This document shows positions 22,719-30,631 of a stretch of 32,000 nt of DNA, in pieces; position 1 is the first letter of the stretch; each line of letters begins with the position of its first letter. A program made the translations under genes and the position numbers. The notes beneath the pieces are model-generated. The model was given only the letters and a program-made list of their open reading frames with translations. It did no database searches and was not told the origin of the DNA. The stretch comes from Candidatus Iainarchaeum sp. (lineage in GTDB: Archaea; Iainarchaeota; Iainarchaeia; Iainarchaeales; JAZDEL01): positions 30,001 to 62,000 of the forward strand of contig JAZDEL010000004.1 of NCBI GenBank assembly GCA_043808785.1. The letters run 5' to 3'.

Positions 22719-23807
22719 GCGGCAGGAAAACGGCATCGATTGCAGGATTAATTTTCATTTTGATAATAGTCGGGTTAAGCGGCTGCACAAGCAATAATTC
22801 CTCTTTAAGAAAGGATTTCGTTTCCGACGGCAGCCAGAATGCCGAGGTTGCGCAAAACGGCCAAGAGGCGCCAACGCAAACACGGGGCGCGAGCGATTCT
22901 GAATCTCAAAAAACGTATGAGTTCGATAAGGCGGTTGTGTTGGATAACCTGGAGTATAAATTTTCCAACGTTGCCGTAAGAAAACAATTGTTTCCAGAAA
23001 ACTCTCGTTGCCGTAAGAAAACAATTGTTTCCAGAAAACTCTTTTAGTAGCCCCCAAGAAACTGAAGGCTATTTCGTAATTCTTGATGTCGCGGTAAAAA
23101 ATGTAGGGCTGGATGCAATAAATGGCTATAATGCTGGCAACATAAAACTGATAGACAAGAAGACGAGGGTTTATGAAAGTTCTTCAATTGGCATAAATAC
23201 GTTTGTCGGTTTTGAAAACGCAAAAGACTTTTTCTTGGAAAAAATCAACCCCGGCTTGTCGGAAAAGGGCACTTTATTTTTTGAAGTCCCGGAAGACTTC
23301 TTCTCGAAAGGCGCCGCGGGGGACTTTTCAGCAGAAGGATTTATTGCCGTAGAAAGTCTTGGCAAGTCAGAGTCTGTGTTCGTCAAATTCCCGGATAATT
23401 TGGATTTAGGAGCCGCCAACAATGTCGAAGCGAGCGCCAACGCCAACATAACAAGCATAGAATATACTTGGTACGGCTCATCTTCTGGCGGCTATATTAA
23501 AAAAATAAATTTTAAGATAACCAACACCGGCGGCACGGTAATTAATCTTGGCTTGAAATACAGGATAATAGATGTTTCGGTCAAAAGCAACGACCCGCCG
23601 CTGATAGCGGAGGGACAGGATAGTTGGTTCGACAGCAAATCGATGAATTCATGGGATGCCATCAAGCCGCAAGAGGAGAGCGAAGCGTATTTAGTTCAAT
23701 GGTACCCAACTGTCAAGGCGGGGAAATACAAATTCGAATTAACGTTTTTTGATAAAACCAGCGGCAAGGAACTGACAAAAACAGAAAAGGAACAGCAGAT
23801 ACCGTGA
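22715..23807 (+). pseudogene. Lipoprotein with a DUF4352-type Ig-like domain, frameshifted by a 37-bp tandem duplication
   Basis: Track ORFs 22715-23047 and 23025-23807 are two halves of one gene. The N-terminus MSGRKTASIAGLIFILIIVGLSGC has a lipobox. Removing one 37-bp copy joins ...KFSNVAVRKQLFPENS to FSSPQETEGYFVILDVAVKNVG...IKLIDKKTRVYE...INPGLSEKGTLFFEVPED in one frame (351 codons). Confidence 0.75.
22969..23042 (+). repeat. Perfect 2 x 37-bp tandem duplication
   Basis: cgttgccgtaagaaaacaattgtttccagaaaactct at 22969-23005 is repeated exactly at 23006-23042 (compared base by base). The flanking bases differ, so the unit is exactly 37 bp, which is not a multiple of 3. Confidence 0.95.
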
Positions 23808-23834
23808 GGATTGCACGCCCCCATTATTTTGCAA

Positions 23835-24026
23835 TCACAGATTATGCACCTTTTTGTGCGCATCAACTACTTCAATTTCTATTTCCATATTTTCATAATC
23901 ATCTGGCAAGCCATACGCTTTTTTTAATTCGGGGTTTTCCTTCACTTGGCGAATTGCATCAAGCAAGGATGCTTTTAAATATTCTCCAAAAGCACGATTT
24001 TTTAATTTAAGTTTTATTTTTTCCAT
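23835..24026 (-). CDS. Small hypothetical protein (63 aa)
   Basis: The in-frame ATG at 24026 within track ORF 23835-24089 is preceded by GGAGGTGG with ~6-nt spacing. Starting there avoids overlap with the reductase gene. No family recognised, and the region is low-GC. Confidence 0.4.
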   Translation of the reverse strand: MEKIKLKLKNRAFGEYLKASLLDAIRQVKENPELKKAYGLPDDYENMEIEIEVVDAHKKVHNL

Positions 24027-24060
24027 TACCAAACCACCTCCATAGCTATTCTGCAAAGTT

Positions 24061-25068
24061 TCAGCGCATAGGGCGCGCGACCTTTTCAACAGCCTCTTTG
24101 TTCACTACTGCCCTTGGCGTCCTGCCCGCGAAAAAATCCACAAGGTTCTGCGCCGCAAGAACGGACATGGCGTCCCTTGCCTCCACGGTTGCACTCCCAA
24201 GGTGCGGCGCGAGGACAACGTTCTGCAGCGCGCGCAGCTCTTTCGGAATCTCGGGCTCGTTCTCGTAAACGTCCAGCGCTGCGCCGAAAATCGTGCCCTG
24301 CTTAAGCGCATTTATGAGCGCCTTTTCATCGACAACGGGCCCGCGGGCCATGTTTATGAGGCATGCGGTTTTCTTCATAATCGCGAGTTCGTGCCCCCCT
24401 ACCATGTGCTTCGTTTTTTCGTTCAGGGGGACGTGCAGCGAAACAAAATCGCTGACCATAAGCAGCGTCTCGAGCGGCTTGTATTCTATGCCTAACTCGC
24501 GCTCCGCATCCTCCTGCCTTATAACGTCGGAATAGAACACGCGCATTCCGAAGCCCTTTGATGCGCGCTCCGCAACCGCTTTCCCTATCCTGCCAAGGCC
24601 CACGATGCCAAGGGTTTTTCCGTAAACATCAACGCCCAACATATACTCGGGTTCCCAGCCAGTGAAGTTGCCTGCGCGCGCAACCCTGTCCCCTTCCGAA
24701 ATCCTGCGCGCAATGTCGAGCATCAGTGCGATTGTGCAGTCCGCTGTTGCCTCGTTCAGCACGTTCGGCGTGTTTGCCACAACAATGCCGCGCTTTGTCG
24801 CTTCGGGAACGTCTATGTTGTTGAACCCCACGCCGAAGTTCGACACTATTTTCAGTTTCGGCTCCGCGGAGAGGACGTCCGCGTCGATTTTGTCAGTAAG
24901 GATGCAGAGCAGCGCGTCCTTTCCCTTCACGCGCGCGATAAGTTCCTTTTTTGTGAGTACGCGCTTCTCGGCGTTTGCCTCCGCATCGAAATGCGCTTCA
25001 AGAAGCACTATTCCCTTTTTGGGAATCGGCTGCGAAACAAAAACCTTGGGCTTTGCCAAAAAAACCAA
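24061..25068 (-). CDS. gyaR: D-2-hydroxyacid dehydrogenase family: glyoxylate/hydroxypyruvate reductase
   Basis: Track ORF, starting at the TTG at 25068 or the TTG at 25059 (giving MAKPKVFVSQPIP). It aligns along its whole length with my memory of Pyrococcus GyaR: KPKVF..., TKRGIxVxNTPxVLxxATAD, VYGKTLGIVGLGRIGKAVA (NAD fold), INxARGxVVDxxAL, and LDVxExEP...NVVLxPHxGSA. Confidence 0.85.
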   Translation of the reverse strand: MVFLAKPKVFVSQPIPKKGIVLLEAHFDAEANAEKRVLTKKELIARVKGKDALLCILTDKIDADVLSAEPKLKIVSNFGVGFNNIDVPEATKRGIVVANTPNVLNEATADCTIALMLDIARRISEGDRVARAGNFTGWEPEYMLGVDVYGKTLGIVGLGRIGKAVAERASKGFGMRVFYSDVIRQEDAERELGIEYKPLETLLMVSDFVSLHVPLNEKTKHMVGGHELAIMKKTACLINMARGPVVDEKALINALKQGTIFGAALDVYENEPEIPKELRALQNVVLAPHLGSATVEARDAMSVLAAQNLVDFFAGRTPRAVVNKEAVEKVARPMR

Positions 25069-25292
25069 TCTCCAATCCTTGTAAAAATCTCAACCGCATG
25101 GGGGCGCGGTTTACTTTAAACCATTAGGGCACCTTGTTTTTATTAACCTTGCGCAGGTTCGGGGGGAAAATTGATGTGAACGGCGTTAACTGCACAGCTT
25201 CGGGCGGCCAATTAACCGCTGCAGCGGAAAGCCGGTGCCCGGGAAAGCAAATGCGAAACCATTAATAACGGGTTTAACGTATAGGGTTAAGG

Positions 25293-28200
25293 ATGCAATT
25301 AGGAAAATGCGCGCTTTTTGCGCCAGCGGTTTTGCTTATCGCCCTTGTTGCGGGCACGGTTTTGCTGAGCGGCTGCGCGCAGGCGCCGAGGGAGGGGATG
25401 TTCACCGCTTCCCTGCAGGGCGAGCCCGTAACCGTGACTTTCGGGCTGCGCTCCGCGGACACATTTACGGGCGGCTGGCTGGATACCTACGTAAGGTCAA
25501 ACAATCCGGCGAAGAATTATTCAGGCAACAATTATTACTCGCTTGTGCAGGGAACAATCTTCCATTATGCAGTCAATTTGTCGTCCGGCATCCCGACGGG
25601 CGCGGACATAACCTCCGCCAAACTTTGCTCCTATGTCAGCAGTTCCATAAACTGCGGCTCGCCTTACTGGGAACTGCGGTCGCTTGGCAAGGAGGGCTTG
25701 GATATAACCAAGGACACATGGAACACGTATGACGGCGTTAACAGCTGGACAAACCAAAGCGGCGGGGCGGACGACGGCATTGCCCTGGGGCGGACATTGA
25801 TTGCCACCGGGTTGAAAGGGCGGTATTGCGCCGATTTTGATGCACAAGGGGTGCAGTACCTTGAAGGCAGGGCTGCGGGCGGGCAGCCTGCAAGGTTCAT
25901 GCTCCGCCAGCTTGCGGAGGGGACCGGGTGTGATGCCTGCAGCAACGGCGACTGCTCTGCGCGCACGATAAGGACTGCGGAAGACCCTGATGCAACGCGC
26001 CCCTATCTTGAAATTGCATACACACCGGGCGGTGGGGGGCAGTACTGCACGGACGGCACTGCTTACGGCGTTTGCTCAACTGCAAAGCCGAAGAAGTGCG
26101 TTAACGGAACGCTGGCTGACGTTTGTTCGCAGTGCGGCTGCGGCACAGGGTTAACATGCGACGCGAACGGCTCCTGCAAGGTTCAGCAGCAGGAATGCAC
26201 GAACGGGCAGGCACAACAGTGCGGAACAACCGATGTCGGGGCGTGCGAATACGGAACGCAAACCTGCACGAACGGCTCGTGGGGCGCGTGCACAGGCGAA
26301 GTGAGCGCAGGCACGGAGATATGCGGCAACGGCATTGATGAAGATTGCGACGGCGCTGATTCGGAGTGCGGCGCTGGCGGGACTTATTACGTGTGCGGCA
26401 CAGCAGAGGAATGCAACTCGGGAAAGGGCAGCGGCTGGGGCACGGGAAATGACTCTTACGCCTGCACCTCAAAGGCGCAGCCGTGCAAGACAGTCACCGG
26501 CGCGACAAAAAAAATGGCATCCGGCGACACGGCAATAATCGGCGATGGCATTTACACTGGGGAGGAAAACAGGGTGCTTTACAACATGATCCCGAACGGC
26601 AGCGCGGGCAGTTACACAGCCATCCGCGCTGAAAACCCGTTTTATGTAACCCTTGACGGAGGCTATTCACTGGCTTCTGCAGGGGATTACACGAGCATGC
26701 TTACCATCAAAGGCAATTCGTACGTGCATGTCGACGGCATATTGTTCTTCAGGGGCGGCGGCGGCGTGCACGGCTCGGACCACATAAAGGTCACGCGCTG
26801 CGGCTTCGGCGAGGCGTCATACATGAACTGCGTGTCATACGGCTTCATCATCGGGAGCACCTCAAGCCATATCCTTGTCGAGGACTCATTCGTCTTCGGC
26901 TCGGGCAGGTATCTGTTCGGGGTAAGCTCCACTGGCGGCTTCGGCTCGTCGCACGACATAGTTTTCAGGCGCTGCCTGGCAAGGGCTGATTATTATTACA
27001 ACGACCCGAACAACGACAAATGCGGCATGATTTCTCACTTTTCAAACTACCAGCAGAAGGATGTTTCTTTCCAGAACTGCATTGCAATCGACGGGCTTGA
27101 ATGGTATCCCGACGGCGGGGGCTCTTACCCGGGCTTTATGATTCCGAACGGATGCGTTTCGACATACATAGAAGGGAGCATTGTCCTGAATATTGTGGGG
27201 AATGGAATACTGTCCGAAAGCACCGCGCGTGAAGGCATCCACGTAAAGGACACTGTTATCTGGGACACGCGGAGGGGCAGGTCCAATTACCAGGGCGTGG
27301 TCCGCATAGGGGCGGATAACGGATTATCCACATTTGAATCCATGACAACAGGGCACACGGATGCGAACAGGGGCTGGGGCAAAAAAGAGGGCACGCAGAA
27401 TTCGGACGTTAAAAACAGCATTCTTTACGGGTTTACTAATGTAAGGGCAGATTATGCCGCAAACGACACTTTTGACATTAACAACAGCAGTTTCTACAGC
27501 AACAGGCATGACGGCAAGACAGGCAACAACCCGATACTTGATGTGGACCCTATTTGGAGCCCGCAGAACCCCACGGGTTCGCTGAAATATTTGCCCAGGA
27601 TTGAACCGGGTTCCGCGCTCTACACAGCGGGCCAGGACGGGGAGCCTGTCGGGGCGACAATCCTGAAAAAGATAGGGGTTACGGGAACGCTCGCCGGGGA
27701 AGAAGGCTGGAATTCCGTTACCAACGACAGCCTGTGGCCTCCCCCTTATGAAAACGAGTACAAAAGGATAATGTGCGACGAGCAGTATAATTTGCACAAG
27801 GGCGAGGTGGACAAGTCGGGAAACCCGGTGGTTTTCGGCGGCAGAGGGTTCTGTGCGAACGGGACAGGGCTCTACGGCGGGCCGGTTACATTGACTTCAT
27901 ACATCTGGGAATATCTGGGCAACGAATGCCCGCACGACAATCCGGGAGACCCGTGCTATTATGATGTCCTGCCATGCGGGCAGGGCGAGATAACAGGCAA
28001 CTGCCTCTGCAGCGGGCAGGAGCACGGCAGCGGTTACTGCTGCTCGGGCAACTGGCAGCAGGGCGCGTGCATGCAGAACTGCGGGGAGGGGGCAATAACT
28101 GGAACGTGCAGGTGCGGCGGGGTTGAATACGGCAGCGGATATTGCTGTTCGGGCGTTTGGCAGGCTGGCGCGTGCACGCAGGGCTGCGAACAGCAGGGGA

Positions 28201-28409
28201 AGATTGAATGCAACGGCGTTTGCGTAACCCCGACATGCTCCTCTAACGAGGATTGCCCGCAGTGGAAGGAGTGCAGGAACGCGGGCACTTGCACTGCGAA
28301 GTGCGCAACCTCCCTGCCGGGGCTGGTTAACTACATAGGGCAGTGGAGGAGCGGCAGCCTTTCGCTGACGCAGATTGTGGCGAAGATTGCCGAGTGGAAG
28401 CAGGGCTGA
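25293..28409 (+). CDS. Secreted/lipid-anchored multidomain exoprotein: DNRLRE-like N-domain, Cys-rich CDG-type repeats, right-handed beta-helix, C-terminal Cys-rich repeats (1038 aa)
   Basis: Track ORF. The signal reads MQLGKCALFAPAVLLIALVAGTVLLSGC (lipobox-like). WLDTYVRSNNPAKNYSGNNY...ADITSAKLCSYV...ITKDTWNTY...SWTNQSG resembles DNRLRE/CBM-like domains. EICGNGIDEDCDG is a MopE-type Cys repeat. ...KTVTGATKKMASGDTAIIGDGIYTGEE... opens a pectate-lyase-like beta-helix. Two 35-aa repeats of GxITGxCxCxGxExGSGYCCSGxWQxGAC are present (DNA offset 105 nt, 28026 vs 28131). Confidence 0.8.
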   Translation: MQLGKCALFAPAVLLIALVAGTVLLSGCAQAPREGMFTASLQGEPVTVTFGLRSADTFTGGWLDTYVRSNNPAKNYSGNNYYSLVQGTIFHYAVNLSSGIPTGADITSAKLCSYVSSSINCGSPYWELRSLGKEGLDITKDTWNTYDGVNSWTNQSGGADDGIALGRTLIATGLKGRYCADFDAQGVQYLEGRAAGGQPARFMLRQLAEGTGCDACSNGDCSARTIRTAEDPDATRPYLEIAYTPGGGGQYCTDGTAYGVCSTAKPKKCVNGTLADVCSQCGCGTGLTCDANGSCKVQQQECTNGQAQQCGTTDVGACEYGTQTCTNGSWGACTGEVSAGTEICGNGIDEDCDGADSECGAGGTYYVCGTAEECNSGKGSGWGTGNDSYACTSKAQPCKTVTGATKKMASGDTAIIGDGIYTGEENRVLYNMIPNGSAGSYTAIRAENPFYVTLDGGYSLASAGDYTSMLTIKGNSYVHVDGILFFRGGGGVHGSDHIKVTRCGFGEASYMNCVSYGFIIGSTSSHILVEDSFVFGSGRYLFGVSSTGGFGSSHDIVFRRCLARADYYYNDPNNDKCGMISHFSNYQQKDVSFQNCIAIDGLEWYPDGGGSYPGFMIPNGCVSTYIEGSIVLNIVGNGILSESTAREGIHVKDTVIWDTRRGRSNYQGVVRIGADNGLSTFESMTTGHTDANRGWGKKEGTQNSDVKNSILYGFTNVRADYAANDTFDINNSSFYSNRHDGKTGNNPILDVDPIWSPQNPTGSLKYLPRIEPGSALYTAGQDGEPVGATILKKIGVTGTLAGEEGWNSVTNDSLWPPPYENEYKRIMCDEQYNLHKGEVDKSGNPVVFGGRGFCANGTGLYGGPVTLTSYIWEYLGNECPHDNPGDPCYYDVLPCGQGEITGNCLCSGQEHGSGYCCSGNWQQGACMQNCGEGAITGTCRCGGVEYGSGYCCSGVWQAGACTQGCEQQGKIECNGVCVTPTCSSNEDCPQWKECRNAGTCTAKCATSLPGLVNYIGQWRSGSLSLTQIVAKIAEWKQG

Positions 28410-28420
28410 GCACGCCGCAG

Positions 28421-29584
28421 TTACATGCCGCGCATCATTTCCGCGGTTTTATTTTTCAAATCGAGGAAGCATTTCTTTTTCACGAGTTTTCCGCTCGTGC
28501 CTTTGCTGCATGCCCCTACCGCGCTTATCCCGAGCGCGAGCACATCCTTGTGCCCCTGCCCTAGTTTTCCGCCTATGGCAACAGCGCGCTTGCCGTGCCT
28601 GCGCGCAAGGAGCGCAACGCGCGCCACGGCCTTTCCCCTGCAGGTTTGGGAATCGATGCATCCTTCCCCCGTGATTACGATGTCGCATTCCGCGAGTTTT
28701 TTTTCGAAGCCCGTGATTTCCATGACCAAATCCGCGCCGTGCTCGAATTCCGCGCCGAGGAACGCGAACAGCCCCGCGCCGAGGCCGCCGGCGGCGCCGG
28801 CGCCCTGCATGTCAATGACATCGATGCCTATGTCGCGCTTCAGCACCGCAGCATAGTTGCGCAGCGCCGCATCCATCTGCTTCACCATCTCGTGCGTTGC
28901 CCCTTTCTGCGGACCGTAAATAACGGAGGCGCCGTGCTCCCCGCACAGGGGGTTTGTAACATCGCACGCAACCGTGAATTTGCAGCGCGCAATGCGCGGG
29001 TCGATGCCGGAAGCGTCAATGCGCGCAAGGTTCTCAAGGGAAGCCGCGCAGTAACCTTCCTCCCTGCGCACGGAAATTTCCTTTCCCTTCCCATCGAAAA
29101 ATTTAACCCCCAGAGCCTGCGCCATTCCCGCACCCCCGTCATTGGTTGCCGAGCCACCGATGCCGATTATGAAATTGGTACAGCCCGCATCGAGGGCGGC
29201 GAGGATTAACTGCCCAGTGCCAAAGGTTGTGGCAAGCAGGGGGCTGCGCTCGTTTTCCGGAACCAGCAACAAACCCGAGGCTTCCGCCATTTCAATTAGC
29301 GCGCGGTTTTCGGGGAGAACCAAAAATTTCGCTTTTGTTTTTTTTCCGAGCGGGTTGTGGACAATAACGGTGTGAACTTTCGCGCCTTTAGAGGCGGATG
29401 CGATTGCCTCCACAGTTCCCTCCCCGCCGTCGGCGATAGGGCACAATTCGACCTTTGCCTGCGGGAGAGCGGAGCGGACGCCCTGCGCAATCGCGTCAGC
29501 GGCTTCCGCCGCTGTTAACGTACCCTTGAAAGGTGCGGGGGAGACGAGCACACGCAGGCTTGAAGTTGAACCGCGCGGTTTCAT
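28421..29584 (-). CDS. glxK: Glycerate kinase (GlxK/GarK family)
   Basis: Track ORF. It aligns end to end with my memory of E. coli GlxK: VxxAPxxFKGxLxAxEAAxAI, PxADGGEGTVEA, TTxGTGxLIxxALDxGxxNxIIGIGGSATNDGGAGMxQALG, ACDVTNPLxGxxGASxIxGPQKGA, GAGAAGGxGAxLxAFLGAE, and VITGEGxIDSQ. Confidence 0.9.
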   Translation of the reverse strand: MKPRGSTSSLRVLVSPAPFKGTLTAAEAADAIAQGVRSALPQAKVELCPIADGGEGTVEAIASASKGAKVHTVIVHNPLGKKTKAKFLVLPENRALIEMAEASGLLLVPENERSPLLATTFGTGQLILAALDAGCTNFIIGIGGSATNDGGAGMAQALGVKFFDGKGKEISVRREEGYCAASLENLARIDASGIDPRIARCKFTVACDVTNPLCGEHGASVIYGPQKGATHEMVKQMDAALRNYAAVLKRDIGIDVIDMQGAGAAGGLGAGLFAFLGAEFEHGADLVMEITGFEKKLAECDIVITGEGCIDSQTCRGKAVARVALLARRHGKRAVAIGGKLGQGHKDVLALGISAVGACSKGTSGKLVKKKCFLDLKNKTAEMMRGM

Positions 29585-29607
29585 AAGCGAGTGTTGGCGG
29601 AAAGGGG

Positions 29608-29615
29608 TTTTAAAC
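29608..29615 (-). promoter_or_regulatory. TATA box (GTTTAAAA) for the glycerate kinase gene
   Basis: The minus strand reads caGGTTTAAAACccc, centred about 27 nt upstream of the ATG at 29584. Confidence 0.45.
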
Positions 29616-29635
29616 CTGACGCGCGGGATTGCGGA

Positions 29636-30061
29636 TTAATCGCCTAATTCCTTAACAAGTTCCGTTGTAGAATACACCCTTACTTTTTGCTGCTTTTTCA
29701 GCTTCGCATCCTGCGACCAGAGCGGGCATTCCAATTTCAGCGCAAGCGCGATATAAGGCGCGTCCTTTTTATCGGGGCTTATCCGCACCGCTTCCTCCAG
29801 AAATTCGGAATAATCCTCGGGCAGAGGCACGCTTATGCCCGCGGCATCGAAAAGCAGCGCGATTGCCTCCTCAATCTCGGCTTCCTTCACGCCGAGCCTC
29901 TTTGAGAACTCGCCCGAATATTTTGAAAGTCCCGCCCTTATGAATGCTGGCGCAAAAAACCGCGGCGCATTCCCGCCCAGCAGAATCTTCCGCGTGAGCG
30001 AATTTTTGAGCAGCGCGGAAACAATTATGTTCGCGTCTACGACAAGCCTCGGAAGCGCCAA
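29636..30061 (-). CDS. vapC: PIN-domain toxin (VapC-like)
   Basis: The track ORF extends to 30106. I prefer the in-frame TTG at 30061, preceded by GGGAGGTG with 5-nt spacing and lying 16 nt after the antitoxin stop. That start gives MALPRLVVDANIIVSALL (first PIN acidic motif), followed by ...DAPYIALAL...LWSQD. Confidence 0.7.
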   Translation of the reverse strand: MALPRLVVDANIIVSALLKNSLTRKILLGGNAPRFFAPAFIRAGLSKYSGEFSKRLGVKEAEIEEAIALLFDAAGISVPLPEDYSEFLEEAVRISPDKKDAPYIALALKLECPLWSQDAKLKKQQKVRVYSTTELVKELGD

Positions 30062-30077
30062 GAAAACACCTCCCGCG

Positions 30078-30320
30078 TCACGAGCCCATGCCGTGCCTTC
30101 TCGCAATTCCCGCGTTTATTTTCCTGCCGAATTCGAGGGCGTCTTTCTCGGTCAGCTCGCTGTTCCTCGTGAGTTCGTCGAGTTTCTTCAGAACCCTGAG
30201 GCGCTTTACCCTGCCCTCAAGGAACTGCCGCGTTTCCTCGCTCCAGTTCACGCCCTTGACCTCGTTGAGTTCCCTTTTGAGTTTCTCTGGGATTGAAACA
30301 GTGAGGGTTGCATTAGCCAT
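30078..30320 (-). CDS. vapB: Ribbon-helix-helix (CopG-like) antitoxin (VapB-like), 80 aa
   Basis: Track ORF with an ATG start. TLTVSIPEKLKRELNEV is a typical RHH beta-strand plus helix. It lies directly upstream of the PIN gene, and a palindromic operator-like site sits in its promoter. Confidence 0.7.
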   Translation of the reverse strand: MANATLTVSIPEKLKRELNEVKGVNWSEETRQFLEGRVKRLRVLKKLDELTRNSELTEKDALEFGRKINAGIARRHGMGS

Positions 30321-30342
30321 AAGGTTGCCTCCTTGGTGTTTG

Positions 30343-30365
30343 CACTAATATTAGTGTGATTAGTG
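30343..30365. promoter_or_regulatory. Perfect 14-bp palindrome plus an extra half-site, candidate operator of the RHH antitoxin
   Basis: CACTAATATTAGTG (30343-30356) lies 23-36 nt upstream of the vapB ATG (30320) and overlaps the AT-rich TATA-like core. The half-site ATTAGTG recurs at 30359-30365. Confidence 0.5.
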
Positions 30366-30631
30366 TTTTTAATGGTTTCGCTGACGGGGGCGGGATTAAC
30401 ACCGATTCTGCAAAAAAGGCGCGGTTTTTGATGGTTTGGTGTTAATCGGTTTTCGTGGAAAATCGACTGGAATGGGAATTCACGCATGCATAACATCAAA
30501 AACCCGTGCGCGCATGAATTTCTCGGCATGGGTTTCCCGCAAGGATGGCTGGCGATAATATGGCGGAAAGCGCGAGGACGCTTGCGCAACCGGGGCAGAC
30601 GAAACTGGACAGGAGCAGAATAAAGTAATGG

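Noticed and set aside
25069-25292. Looked for a tRNA or other structured RNA in the 224-bp reductase/exoprotein intergenic region and in 9273-9415
   Set aside because: No cloverleaf-compatible arms or conserved tRNA boxes could be traced by eye, only short GC hairpins. This evidence is insufficient to call an RNA gene without a covariance-model scan.
25235-25732. 165-aa + strand ORF overlapping the start of the 1038-aa exoprotein gene
   Set aside because: It is in an alternative frame over a much longer ORF that has a clear signal peptide and domain motifs. Its product is Arg/Ala/Gly-rich, typical of an off-frame in GC-rich coding DNA.
30248-30589. 113-aa minus-strand ORF in the vapB upstream gap
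   Set aside because: It overlaps the vapB gene and its operator and has an arbitrary composition, with no SD or TATA in a sensible position. I treated the region as non-coding.
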